Part shown: positions 24,920 through 32,111 of the stretch, piece by piece
How the letters are laid out: every line of letters starts with the position of its first letter
Position numbering within the stretch: the first letter of the stretch is position 1
From: Planctomycetota bacterium
GTDB taxonomy: Bacteria > Planctomycetota > Planctomycetia > Pirellulales > Lacipirellulaceae
NCBI GenBank assembly: GCA_039190745.1
Contig: JBCCXZ010000046.1
Coordinates: 1-32,111, forward strand
Direction of reading: 5' to 3'
Length of the DNA: 32,111 nt
The notes under the pieces: generated by a model
What the model was told of the DNA's origin: nothing
Databases searched by the model: none
What the model saw: only the letters and a program-made list of their open reading frames with translations
Position numbers and translations under genes: made by a program

Positions 24920-27900
24920 CTACCGAGAGAACCCGAGGCTGAAACTGAAGACGTCGCGCTCGTCGAACGCGGCCTCCGCGACCGACCAGGCGAAGTCCAG
25001 CGCGATCGGAGCAGGCCCCAGGGCCGGCACCGTGATCCGCAGCCCCACGCCGGGGGCCACGCGGAAGTCTTCGATCTGCACCTCCGGCTCGACCGTGCCG
25101 AAGTCGACGAACGCCACGCCGTGCAGCGTCTCGTCGGCAGTGATCGGAAACAGGTACTGGGCCGAGTTGATCCACTGGAACGTGCCGCCCAGCTCGATCC
25201 GCTGCCCGCCCAGGAAGAACGCCGGCGACGCCCCCCGGAAGTCGTACCCGCGCATCGTCGAGAAGCCGCCCGCGAAGTAACGGTCGTAGATCGGCGCCTG
25301 GTCTCCCAGGTACCCCACGTTGGTCGCGAAGCTCAACACGTGCCGGCCCGAGTGGTCCGGTCGCTCACGCAGGAGGAAGTACTGACGGTACTCACCCTCT
25401 ACACGCTCGTACTCGAATTTGCCCGTCGTGTACGCACCACGAAGCTGGAGGTAGTGCCCTTCGGTTGGCAGGAACGCACTGTCCCGCGTGTCGTTCACTC
25501 CTGTGAGGCCGAACTCGTGCAGTTGGTTGTCGCCCAGCACCTCGTCGAGGTCGGCCACCTGGCCGGGCAGCGTCGTAAGGTCCGAGACGTTCACGTTCTC
25601 GCCCCGGTAGGAGACCGACGTAGAGAGGTCCCGCTCCAGCCACTGATACCCCAACGCGATCCGGCCGCCCAAACGCTGCTCGTCGTAGTTGTTGAACCGC
25701 CGGTCGAAGTACGAGCCGCTTAGGCTCAGACTGATCGGCGAGTCGAACAAGTACGGCTGGCTGAAGCTCACGAGGTACCGGTTGACTTCGCTACCGGGCG
25801 AGGCGTCGATCCGAAACCGCTGCCCGTCGCCTCGCCAGGCCGTGCCGTTGCGGAAGTCCTCAAAGCTCGTTGGGGGCCGTCGCCAGTCGAAGTTGCGTTC
25901 GTCGATGACGATGTTGCCTACCACGCCGGCGTCGGAGTTGACGCCCAGGCCCAGCATCAGCCGGCCCGTCTGCGTTTCCTGGCCGTTGAAGATGATGTCG
26001 ACCGTCTGGTCGGTGTCGGGGTACGGCTGGCCCGGCAGCCCGAACTGCCCGCTGGGGAAAGTCTGGTATCCCGGCACAGAGTTGGCCGAGAAGCCTGGCG
26101 TCGGCCCGAACTGACCCGCCGGCGGCGGCAGCTCGGGCGCGAACTGCACCGGCTGCACGTTGGGGTCGGCAATCGCGGTTGGCTTGGTCGACGGGCCCGT
26201 CGGACGCACCACAGTCCCCCCGTATTGGGCCGGCTGGGTGTTCAGACCCGCGTACGCAGGATTCACCGCGGCGGGGCTCTGCCCTCGAAGTTGGCCGTAG
26301 GGGTTGCCAGTCGGTTGCTGAGTCGCCGGCTGCTGGGGCGTCAGTTGCTGCTGGACCGGTTGCCGCGGAACTGACTGCCAAGCAGGCTGCTGAGGCTGCT
26401 CCTCCGGGCTTTGACCACGCACAACGGTCGGCGTGCCCGCAGAGTGGAATTCCGACCGCGGCTCCGTCTCACGGTTCGGGCCAAGGCTCGTCGAGGATTT
26501 GGACCGCTGAGATTTCAACCAACGTTCGAAATGCGCTTCATCCTGGAATTCTATCTCCACGTCCGGTGCGCTCCGCAACGACGGCGGGACCCATCCCGGG
26601 GGCAGCAGCACCGGCGGCCCCGGGTTGTCCGGGCTCTGGCCGCGGAAACCGCCGCCCGAGCCGCTCTTCTTGGGCCGCGAAGCCACCGACGCCTCGTCCG
26701 AAATCCGGTAGGTGATCTTCGGCCGCACGCCCGTCGCCGGGTCGACGTGGAACAAGCTGCTCGCCGCCAGTCGGCGCTCGCTCGCGCGCAGCTTGCGGAT
26801 GTCCATGATCTCACCAGGCACCAGGTCCAAGCGGTTGAGCGCCACCTGACGCCGCGTGTGCGGGTTGTCGCCGGCGATGTTGACGATAATCCGCCCCACC
26901 CGCCACTGCTCGCCCTCTTCGATGTGGTACACGAGGTCCACCTGACCAGGCTCTTCGAGATAAATCGTCTCGGGCCGCACGTCGGCGAAGACATAGCCGT
27001 GACTGCCATACAACTCCTGCAACCAGTTCGCGTCTTGGAGCATCTTGGCCTGCTCAAAGAACTGATCCGCCTGCAGCTTCGCGGTCTCGGCCATTGCGAC
27101 CGGCTCGAACTTCGTGTTCCCAAGGAACCGCACGTTGCGGATCTTCGACCGCGGCCCTTCGTGGATGACGTACGTCAGGTCGGCCCAGTTGCCTTCATCG
27201 TTGTACTTCAGACGCCGCCCGACACGGGCTTGGAAGAAGCCGAACGAGCGGTAGTAGGCCGTCAGCTTCTCGACATCCGCGTCGAGCGTCTCGGCACTGA
27301 TGTACCCTTTCCACAGTTTCAAGATCGGCGGCTTCGACTTGATGAGGGTCTTCAGCCGGCCGTCGCTGGCGAACGTGTTCCCCACGAAGTCCACCGACCA
27401 CACCCGCTCGCTCTTGCCCTCGTTGATGATGAAGGTGACGCCCTTGTCGGTCGGCTTGCCGCCCTCGTCGATCGTCACCTGCACGTTGTTGTAGCCGCGG
27501 CCCTCGTAGTACTCCTTGATCTTCCGCGCCGCGTCTTCGACCGCGTAGGGCTCGATCGCCCCGCCGGCCAGCAGCCCGGTCTCTTTCCGGAGCTTCTTGT
27601 CGGGTACGTCCTTGTTGCCCAAGAACTGCACATAGCGGATCGTCGGCCGCTCTTTCACCTGGAAGATCACCACCCGCCCGGCGGGCGTCTGCTGCTCGAG
27701 CGTCTTGATGTCGACAAACCACCCCAGGTTGTCCAGCTGCCGGACGTCTCGGTTGATGATCGACGGGTCGAACTCCCGCCCCTCGCGGGTGTTCAAGTGC
27801 CCCGCGATCTTCACCTCGGGGATCGTGTCGTTCCCCACGATCATTACTTTCGCCACCCGGTTGGCCGGGTCGACCACCTCGCCCTCAACGGCTTCGGCCG

Positions 27901-28024
27901 CGCTCGGCTGCGGGGCCGGCAACACCTCTTGAGACGGTGCCCGGCAGACGGCCAAGCACACAGCCGCCCACACTCCAAAGAGCGTTCGCAGGCACGCGGC
28001 ACGCGGGGATTCGACGAGAGGCAT
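24920..28024 (-). CDS. bamA: Outer membrane protein assembly factor BamA (Omp85), five POTRA domains plus barrel; start approximate
   Basis: Five POTRA-like repeats (e.g. IRYVQFLGN...YYEGRGY...FIINEG), barrel start ETQTGRLMLGLG, YFAGGFSTMRGY loop, GVGLRI..PALGPAPIALDFA. ATG 28024 gives a signal-peptide-like N-terminus. Confidence 0.93.
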   Translation of the reverse strand: MPLVESPRAACLRTLFGVWAAVCLAVCRAPSQEVLPAPQPSAAEAVEGEVVDPANRVAKVMIVGNDTIPEVKIAGHLNTREGREFDPSIINRDVRQLDNLGWFVDIKTLEQQTPAGRVVIFQVKERPTIRYVQFLGNKDVPDKKLRKETGLLAGGAIEPYAVEDAARKIKEYYEGRGYNNVQVTIDEGGKPTDKGVTFIINEGKSERVWSVDFVGNTFASDGRLKTLIKSKPPILKLWKGYISAETLDADVEKLTAYYRSFGFFQARVGRRLKYNDEGNWADLTYVIHEGPRSKIRNVRFLGNTKFEPVAMAETAKLQADQFFEQAKMLQDANWLQELYGSHGYVFADVRPETIYLEEPGQVDLVYHIEEGEQWRVGRIIVNIAGDNPHTRRQVALNRLDLVPGEIMDIRKLRASERRLAASSLFHVDPATGVRPKITYRISDEASVASRPKKSGSGGGFRGQSPDNPGPPVLLPPGWVPPSLRSAPDVEIEFQDEAHFERWLKSQRSKSSTSLGPNRETEPRSEFHSAGTPTVVRGQSPEEQPQQPAWQSVPRQPVQQQLTPQQPATQQPTGNPYGQLRGQSPAAVNPAYAGLNTQPAQYGGTVVRPTGPSTKPTAIADPNVQPVQFAPELPPPAGQFGPTPGFSANSVPGYQTFPSGQFGLPGQPYPDTDQTVDIIFNGQETQTGRLMLGLGVNSDAGVVGNIVIDERNFDWRRPPTSFEDFRNGTAWRGDGQRFRIDASPGSEVNRYLVSFSQPYLFDSPISLSLSGSYFDRRFNNYDEQRLGGRIALGYQWLERDLSTSVSYRGENVNVSDLTTLPGQVADLDEVLGDNQLHEFGLTGVNDTRDSAFLPTEGHYLQLRGAYTTGKFEYERVEGEYRQYFLLRERPDHSGRHVLSFATNVGYLGDQAPIYDRYFAGGFSTMRGYDFRGASPAFFLGGQRIELGGTFQWINSAQYLFPITADETLHGVAFVDFGTVEPEVQIEDFRVAPGVGLRITVPALGPAPIALDFAWSVAEAAFDERDVFSFSLGFSR

Positions 28025-28206
28025 GGGCCAAGGTGCGCGGTGATCGGGATAAGGCTGCAGACGCACCCCAGCAGGCCGCGAGGCCCCTGGAATTGCGCCA
28101 ACGCACCGGCTCGCTGCCGGCACGGACGGGGAGAAATAGCCGATCGCTTCGGCACCCGCAAGGCGGACTTGCCCGGTCAAATAGCCGAAGGACGGCCATA
28201 AAGAGG

Positions 28207-28287
28207 TCTTCTGTACGAGGCCTCTCCGAGGCCGATTACGGATTGCTAAGTAAGCGGAATAGGACTCAGAGAGTCCCGTACAGAAGA
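28207..28287. repeat. REPIN-like element (inverted pair of REP-like units)
   Basis: TGTACGAGGCCTCTCCGAGGCCGATT (28212-28237, +) and TGTACGGGACTCTCTGAGTCCTATT (28258-28282, -); outer arms TCTTCTGTACG / CGTACAGAAGA are perfectly complementary. Confidence 0.8.
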
Positions 28288-28320
28288 GATGCGCTTCCGC
28301 TAGCAGCCGGAGCGATCGAG

Positions 28321-29757
28321 CTAGAAATCGTCGCTGTAGTCCCCGTCGAAGTCCGCGTGCGGCTTGAACATCGCGTTGCGGAAACGCGTAAACTCGTGCA
28401 CCCAAACAAGCTTCACGTCGCCCGTCGGGCCGTTGCGCTGCTTGCGGATCAGGATCTCCGCCTCACCCCGGTGAGCGTCCCGCTCCTGCTCGTCGGAGGC
28501 GTAGTACTCCTCACGGTGGACGAACATCACCACGTCGGCGTCCTGCTCGATGGCGCCCGACTCACGCAGGTTGCTCAGCTGCGGCTTGTTGTCGCGAGAC
28601 GATTCCACTTGCCGGTTGAGCTGCGCCAAACACAGCACCGGCACTTCCAACTCGCGGGCCAGGCCCTTCAGCCGCCGCGCGATCCGCGCGACCTGCTCCT
28701 GCCGCGGGTCGCGGGGGTTGTCCGGCTCGATCAGCTGCAGATAGTCAATCACGATCAGGCTCAGCCCGCCCCGCCGCTTCATCCGCCGTGCGTTCGCCGC
28801 GATCTCCGTCATTGTCCGGCTCGGCGAGTCGTCGATCAGCAGCGGCGCCTTGCTCAGCTCGGAGCTCGACTTGATGAGCTTCGCCATCTCCTCTTTGCTC
28901 AGCGTGCCGTTCCGCACGTGCTGGCCATTCACTTCCGCGTGCGAGCAGAGCATGCGGTCGGCCAGCTCCATCGCCGACATCTCGAGGCTGACAAACAACG
29001 CGGGCTGGCCGAGCTCGATCGTCACGTGCTCCGCGATGTTCAGGGCCAGCGCCGTCTTGCCCATACTCGGCCGGGCGGCCAGGATCACCAGTTCCGACTT
29101 CTGCAGCCCGCCGGTGGTTTTGTCGAAGTCGACGAAACCCGTGCCCAGGCCGCCGGTCTGGCTCTGCCCGATGCGGGCGTCGATCCGGTCCATCGCCTGG
29201 TGCAGGATGTCATTGATCGGCCGCGGGTCGCCCGAGCCCCGGTTCTCGAGGATCGCGAAGATCTTCTCCTCGGCTCGGCCGAGTTTTTCCCGTGTATCAG
29301 TCCCAGGCTCGTAGGCGTCGTGGACAATATCCGTCCCCGCGTGGATCAGCGAACGCAGCACAGCCCGATCGGCCACAATCTGGGCGTAGTACTCCGCGTG
29401 GGCCGCGGTCGGCACCTGCCGGCCCACCTCAGCTAAGTAAGCGGCACCGCCCACCGCCTCGTACTGGTCCGCCGCGCGCAGGCTCTCGACCAGCAGCATC
29501 GGGTCCACCCGTTTGCCGGTGTCGTGCATCTCGAGCAGGTGCTCGTAGATTGTCCGGTTGGCCTCGCTGGAGAAATCGGCGGGGCGGATGACGAGCGCCA
29601 CCTCGTCGAATACCTCCGGCAACAGCAGAATACTGCCGAGAACCGCCCGTTCTGCTTCCAGGTTCTGCGGCGGGCTGCGGTCGCCGTCGCCCGCCGATGA
29701 AGAACGTCGGCCGGCCCCGTCGGACCGCCGCTGCGGGTTCCGTTCAACCGTCGACAT
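28321..29757 (-). CDS. dnaB: Replicative DNA helicase
   Basis: PPQNLEAERAVLG, AARPSMGKT, IDYLQL, LAQLNR, LRESGAIEQDAD, KQRNGPTG. Confidence 0.98.
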   Translation of the reverse strand: MSTVERNPQRRSDGAGRRSSSAGDGDRSPPQNLEAERAVLGSILLLPEVFDEVALVIRPADFSSEANRTIYEHLLEMHDTGKRVDPMLLVESLRAADQYEAVGGAAYLAEVGRQVPTAAHAEYYAQIVADRAVLRSLIHAGTDIVHDAYEPGTDTREKLGRAEEKIFAILENRGSGDPRPINDILHQAMDRIDARIGQSQTGGLGTGFVDFDKTTGGLQKSELVILAARPSMGKTALALNIAEHVTIELGQPALFVSLEMSAMELADRMLCSHAEVNGQHVRNGTLSKEEMAKLIKSSSELSKAPLLIDDSPSRTMTEIAANARRMKRRGGLSLIVIDYLQLIEPDNPRDPRQEQVARIARRLKGLARELEVPVLCLAQLNRQVESSRDNKPQLSNLRESGAIEQDADVVMFVHREEYYASDEQERDAHRGEAEILIRKQRNGPTGDVKLVWVHEFTRFRNAMFKPHADFDGDYSDDF

Positions 29758-29798
29758 GGCCCGCTCCCTGGGTACTCAATTCAGGCGCACCGCGGATC

Positions 29799-29830
29799 AT
29801 TCCCTAATCCGCATTCCGCAGTCCGCAATC
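29799..29830. repeat. Degenerate heptamer tandem repeat (ANTCCGC, ~4.5 units)
   Basis: ATTCCCT AATCCGC ATTCCGC AGTCCGC AATC between rplI and dnaB. Confidence 0.75.
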
Positions 29831-29832
29831 GA

Positions 29833-30372
29833 CTACTTCTCGTCGGCGCCCACCTGCGGAACGACCCACACTTTCAGCTCGCCCTCGACCTCGCTCGCTA
29901 GGCGGAACTTCACAGTGTACAGTCCCAGCTCCTTGAGCGGGCCCTCCAGGCGCACCTGCTCGGGCAGCAGCGTCACGCCGTTCTTCTTGAGGGCTTCCAC
30001 AATCTCAACCGCCCCGACGCTGCCGTACAGGTGGCCGTCCTCGGTGGCGTTGGCCTCGATCGTGATGCTCTGCTTGGAGATGTCCGCTGCGCTGCGGCGT
30101 AGGTCGGCCTTCGCCGCTCGCTCCAGTTCTTGCAGCTTCACGCGGTGCTTCTCGACCATCCGCTTGTGATGGTCGGTGGCGATGGTCGCCATACCCTGCG
30201 GGATAAGGTAGTTGTAGGCGTAGCCCCGCTTCACCTCGACCACGTCGCCCTGGCCGCCCAGGTGCTCGACGTTGTGGATCAGCAGCAACTCGATCCCCCC
30301 GTGCGGGCCCTTCGGCAGACGCTTGATGCGGTTGACCGGCTTGCGGGACTTCTTCTTGGCTTGTGCGGGCAT
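29833..30372 (-). CDS. rplI: 50S ribosomal protein L9 with basic N-terminal extension
   Basis: LGGQGDVVEVKRGYAYNYLIPQG, GHLYGSV, PLKELGLYTV. Confidence 0.97.
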   Translation of the reverse strand: MPAQAKKKSRKPVNRIKRLPKGPHGGIELLLIHNVEHLGGQGDVVEVKRGYAYNYLIPQGMATIATDHHKRMVEKHRVKLQELERAAKADLRRSAADISKQSITIEANATEDGHLYGSVGAVEIVEALKKNGVTLLPEQVRLEGPLKELGLYTVKFRLASEVEGELKVWVVPQVGADEK

Positions 30373-30413
30373 GGCGGTGTGTCGCGGGTTATCGAGTTAG
30401 CTTGTTTGGTTCT

Positions 30414-30491
30414 TGTAGGAGGGCTCTCCGAGCCCGATTTCGTTCTAATCTGAAAACCGTAATCGGCCTCGGAGAGGCCTCCTGCAGAAGA
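30414..30491. repeat. REPIN-like element (inverted pair of REP-like units)
   Basis: TGTAGGAGGGCTCTCCGAGCCCGATT (30414-30439, +) and TGCAGGAGGCCTCTCCGAGGCCGATT (30461-30486, -). Reverse complement of 30457-30491 matches 28207-28241 at 33/35 nt. Confidence 0.85.
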
Positions 30492-30510
30492 TTGATGTTC
30501 AGTCTCTTCC

Positions 30511-30972
30511 CTAGAACGGTATCTCGTCTTCCGGCGGCCGGCCGCCGCTGGGGCCGTCGGAGTACTGCGGCGGAGCATCGGAGTACGAGTAGCTGTCTTG
30601 CTGAGAAGACGAACGACCCCCGCCCCGGGGGCCTCCTCCACCACCGTCGCGGCCGCCGAGCATCTGCATCTTGTCGGCGACTACGCGGAGCTTCGACCGC
30701 TTCTGGCCGTCCTTCTCCCACTGGTCGAGCTTCAGCCGGCCCTCGATCAGCACGTTCGAGCCCTTGTTGAGGTACTCGCAGGCCACCTCTGCCGTGCGGC
30801 CCCAAAGTGTGATGTCGACGAAGGTGGTCTCGTCGACCCACTCGTTGTTCTTCTTGACCCGGTCGTTCACCGCCAGGCCGATCTCGCTCACCGCCGTGCC
30901 GCTGGGGATGTGCCGCAGTTCGGGGTCTCGAGTCAGGTTGCCGACCAGTACCACTCGGTTGTAGCTAGCCAT
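30511..30972 (-). CDS. ssb: Single-stranded DNA-binding protein
   Basis: [30 protein letters not shown], Gly-rich linker, acidic tip EDEIPF. Confidence 0.98.
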   Translation of the reverse strand: MASYNRVVLVGNLTRDPELRHIPSGTAVSEIGLAVNDRVKKNNEWVDETTFVDITLWGRTAEVACEYLNKGSNVLIEGRLKLDQWEKDGQKRSKLRVVADKMQMLGGRDGGGGGPRGGGRSSSQQDSYSYSDAPPQYSDGPSGGRPPEDEIPF

Positions 30973-31023
30973 GGTGTGCTCCCGCGGTGGGTCCGTTCTT
31001 CCTTCGCGCTCCGTAGCGAACGC

Positions 31024-31458
31024 CTAGCTAGCCGCCCCGGCCGGTTCGGCAACCGTTTCTTCGGTAGGCGTGTCTTCGATTGCGCCGCCGCCCTTGGCGT
31101 GTTCGAGGATCGGGGTGACCAACGCCTTCGGCAACCGCACAAAGAGCTGACGCAGGATGCCGTCGCGGATCTCAAAGGCCCGCGTCATCTCCGAGATGGC
31201 CGCCGTCGGCGAGCGGAAGTACACGATCCAGTAGACGCCCTTGCGGTGGCCGTTGATCGGGTACGCCAGACGACGCTCTTCCCAGAGCCGGCTCACCTCG
31301 ACCGTGCCGCCGTGCTCCTCAATGAGGTTGTTCACCTCACGAGGGAGCTTCTCCGGATCGCGGGCGTGCTTGTTCGCGTCGAGGATGAACAAGCCCTCGT
31401 ACACGCCTACGCCCTTGGTCGAACCGCCCGTGCCATTTGCTGTTGCGCTGTCTGCCAA
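31024..31458 (-). CDS. rpsF: 30S ribosomal protein S6
   Basis: YEGLFILD, WEERRLAYPINGHRKGVY, ILRQLFVR. TTG start with AGGAG upstream; lies upstream of ssb. Confidence 0.95.
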   Translation of the reverse strand: MADSATANGTGGSTKGVGVYEGLFILDANKHARDPEKLPREVNNLIEEHGGTVEVSRLWEERRLAYPINGHRKGVYWIVYFRSPTAAISEMTRAFEIRDGILRQLFVRLPKALVTPILEHAKGGGAIEDTPTEETVAEPAGAAS

Positions 31459-31512
31459 AGCACCGCTCCTGAGGAATCTTGCCGGACCTAACCGCCTCTA
31501 GGCGGCCGCTCC

Positions 31513-31523
31513 AGTCTAACAGT
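31513..31523 (-). promoter_or_regulatory. Candidate extended -10 promoter for rpsF
   Basis: Minus strand ACTGTTAGACT (TG-n-TAGACT), 10/11 identical to the rpsA candidate ACTGTTAAACT. No good -35. Confidence 0.45.
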
Positions 31524-31537
31524 TTCTGTCCGCTTGT

Positions 31538-32110
31538 TTATTTATTGTCCGGCGAGCCGCTAACCGGGCCGCCGTTCACTCGGTTCATCGCCGCCTCGAT
31601 TCCCTCGGCGACCCAGGCCTCCAGCCCGTCGACGGCCCGCCGCAGCGTTGCCGCCACCTCGGCCGACTCGTCCGGGGTGAATTTCCCCAGCACAAAGTCG
31701 ATGTTACTCCACCGCTCCGGGACCGGCCCTACGCCAATCCGCATCCGCGGCACCTCGTTGGTGCCCATCTTCTGGATCACGTCGGCCAAGCCCTTCTGCC
31801 CGCCGTCGCTCCCTTTCGCCCTGATCCGCAGCGTGCCAACTTCCAGGTGGAAGTCGTCGCACACCACCATCAGATCGGCGGGTTCCAGCTTGTAAAAATC
31901 CACCGCTTTACGGACGCTCTGCCCGCTACGGTTCATCAACGTGTGCGGTTCGAGCAACAACACCTTGTCGCCGCCCAGCCGTATCTCTCTGATCGCTCCG
32001 TCAAACTTCAGCCGGGCCGTGTCCGTCGCGTAACGCTCGGCCAGCAGTGCCGTTAACTGGAACCCCACATTGTGCCGGGTCCCGTCGTACTGCCGGCCGA
32101 TGTTGCCCAG
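31538..32110 (-). CDS. pth: Peptidyl-tRNA hydrolase (5'-truncated by window edge)
   Basis: Frame open to the edge: LGNIGRQYDGTRHNVGF, PHTLMNRSG, VVCDD, RMRIGVG, FVLGKF. Confidence 0.96.
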   Translation of the reverse strand: MGNIGRQYDGTRHNVGFQLTALLAERYATDTARLKFDGAIREIRLGGDKVLLLEPHTLMNRSGQSVRKAVDFYKLEPADLMVVCDDFHLEVGTLRIRAKGSDGGQKGLADVIQKMGTNEVPRMRIGVGPVPERWSNIDFVLGKFTPDESAEVAATLRRAVDGLEAWVAEGIEAAMNRVNGGPVSGSPDNK

Positions 32111-32111
32111 C

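Noticed and set aside
28025..28405. Extended N-terminus of the BamA track ORF
   Set aside because: Overlaps the dnaB 3' end and reads through the REPIN. The signal-peptide-like sequence begins at ATG 28024.
28321..29757. Intein in DnaB
   Set aside because: 478 aa with contiguous helicase motifs; no insertion.
28207..30491. Inverted 35-bp repeats as ends of a transposon carrying rplI-dnaB
   Set aside because: No transposase, no evident target duplication, and the enclosed genes are core and in normal order. Better explained as two independent REPINs.

Overview
GC-rich bacterial chromosomal window, most likely from a planctomycete (inferred from the protein families; not verified). It is mostly core genome: pyrG (5'-partial), a DUF1844-like gene, a solitary mraZ-like gene, a short uvrC, a phosphohexomutase, a cytochrome c'-like protein, an orphan ECF sigma factor, DUF423, cmk-plsC-rpsA, a group-2-like sigma70, and pth(partial)-rpsF-ssb-rplI-dnaB-bamA. 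The most unusual part is a four-gene minus-strand envelope cluster (9188-18986) in pilMNOPQ-like order. It has a natural PilM-PilN fusion, two membrane-anchored proteins I cannot assign, and a ~1170-aa secretin with TPR-like repeats. The three non-secretin proteins share a Gly/Tyr/Arg/Glu low-complexity repeat ([YF]GGEG, RGG). Also notable: BamA has a ~230-aa Pro/Gln-rich insertion inside POTRA5 with three RGQSP motifs, two REPIN-like elements with covarying hairpins bracket rplI-dnaB, and there is a candidate unannotated 100-aa gene upstream of the ECF sigma. I found no rRNA, tRNA, CRISPR array, transposase or integrase. All calls come from motif reading by eye; no searches were run.
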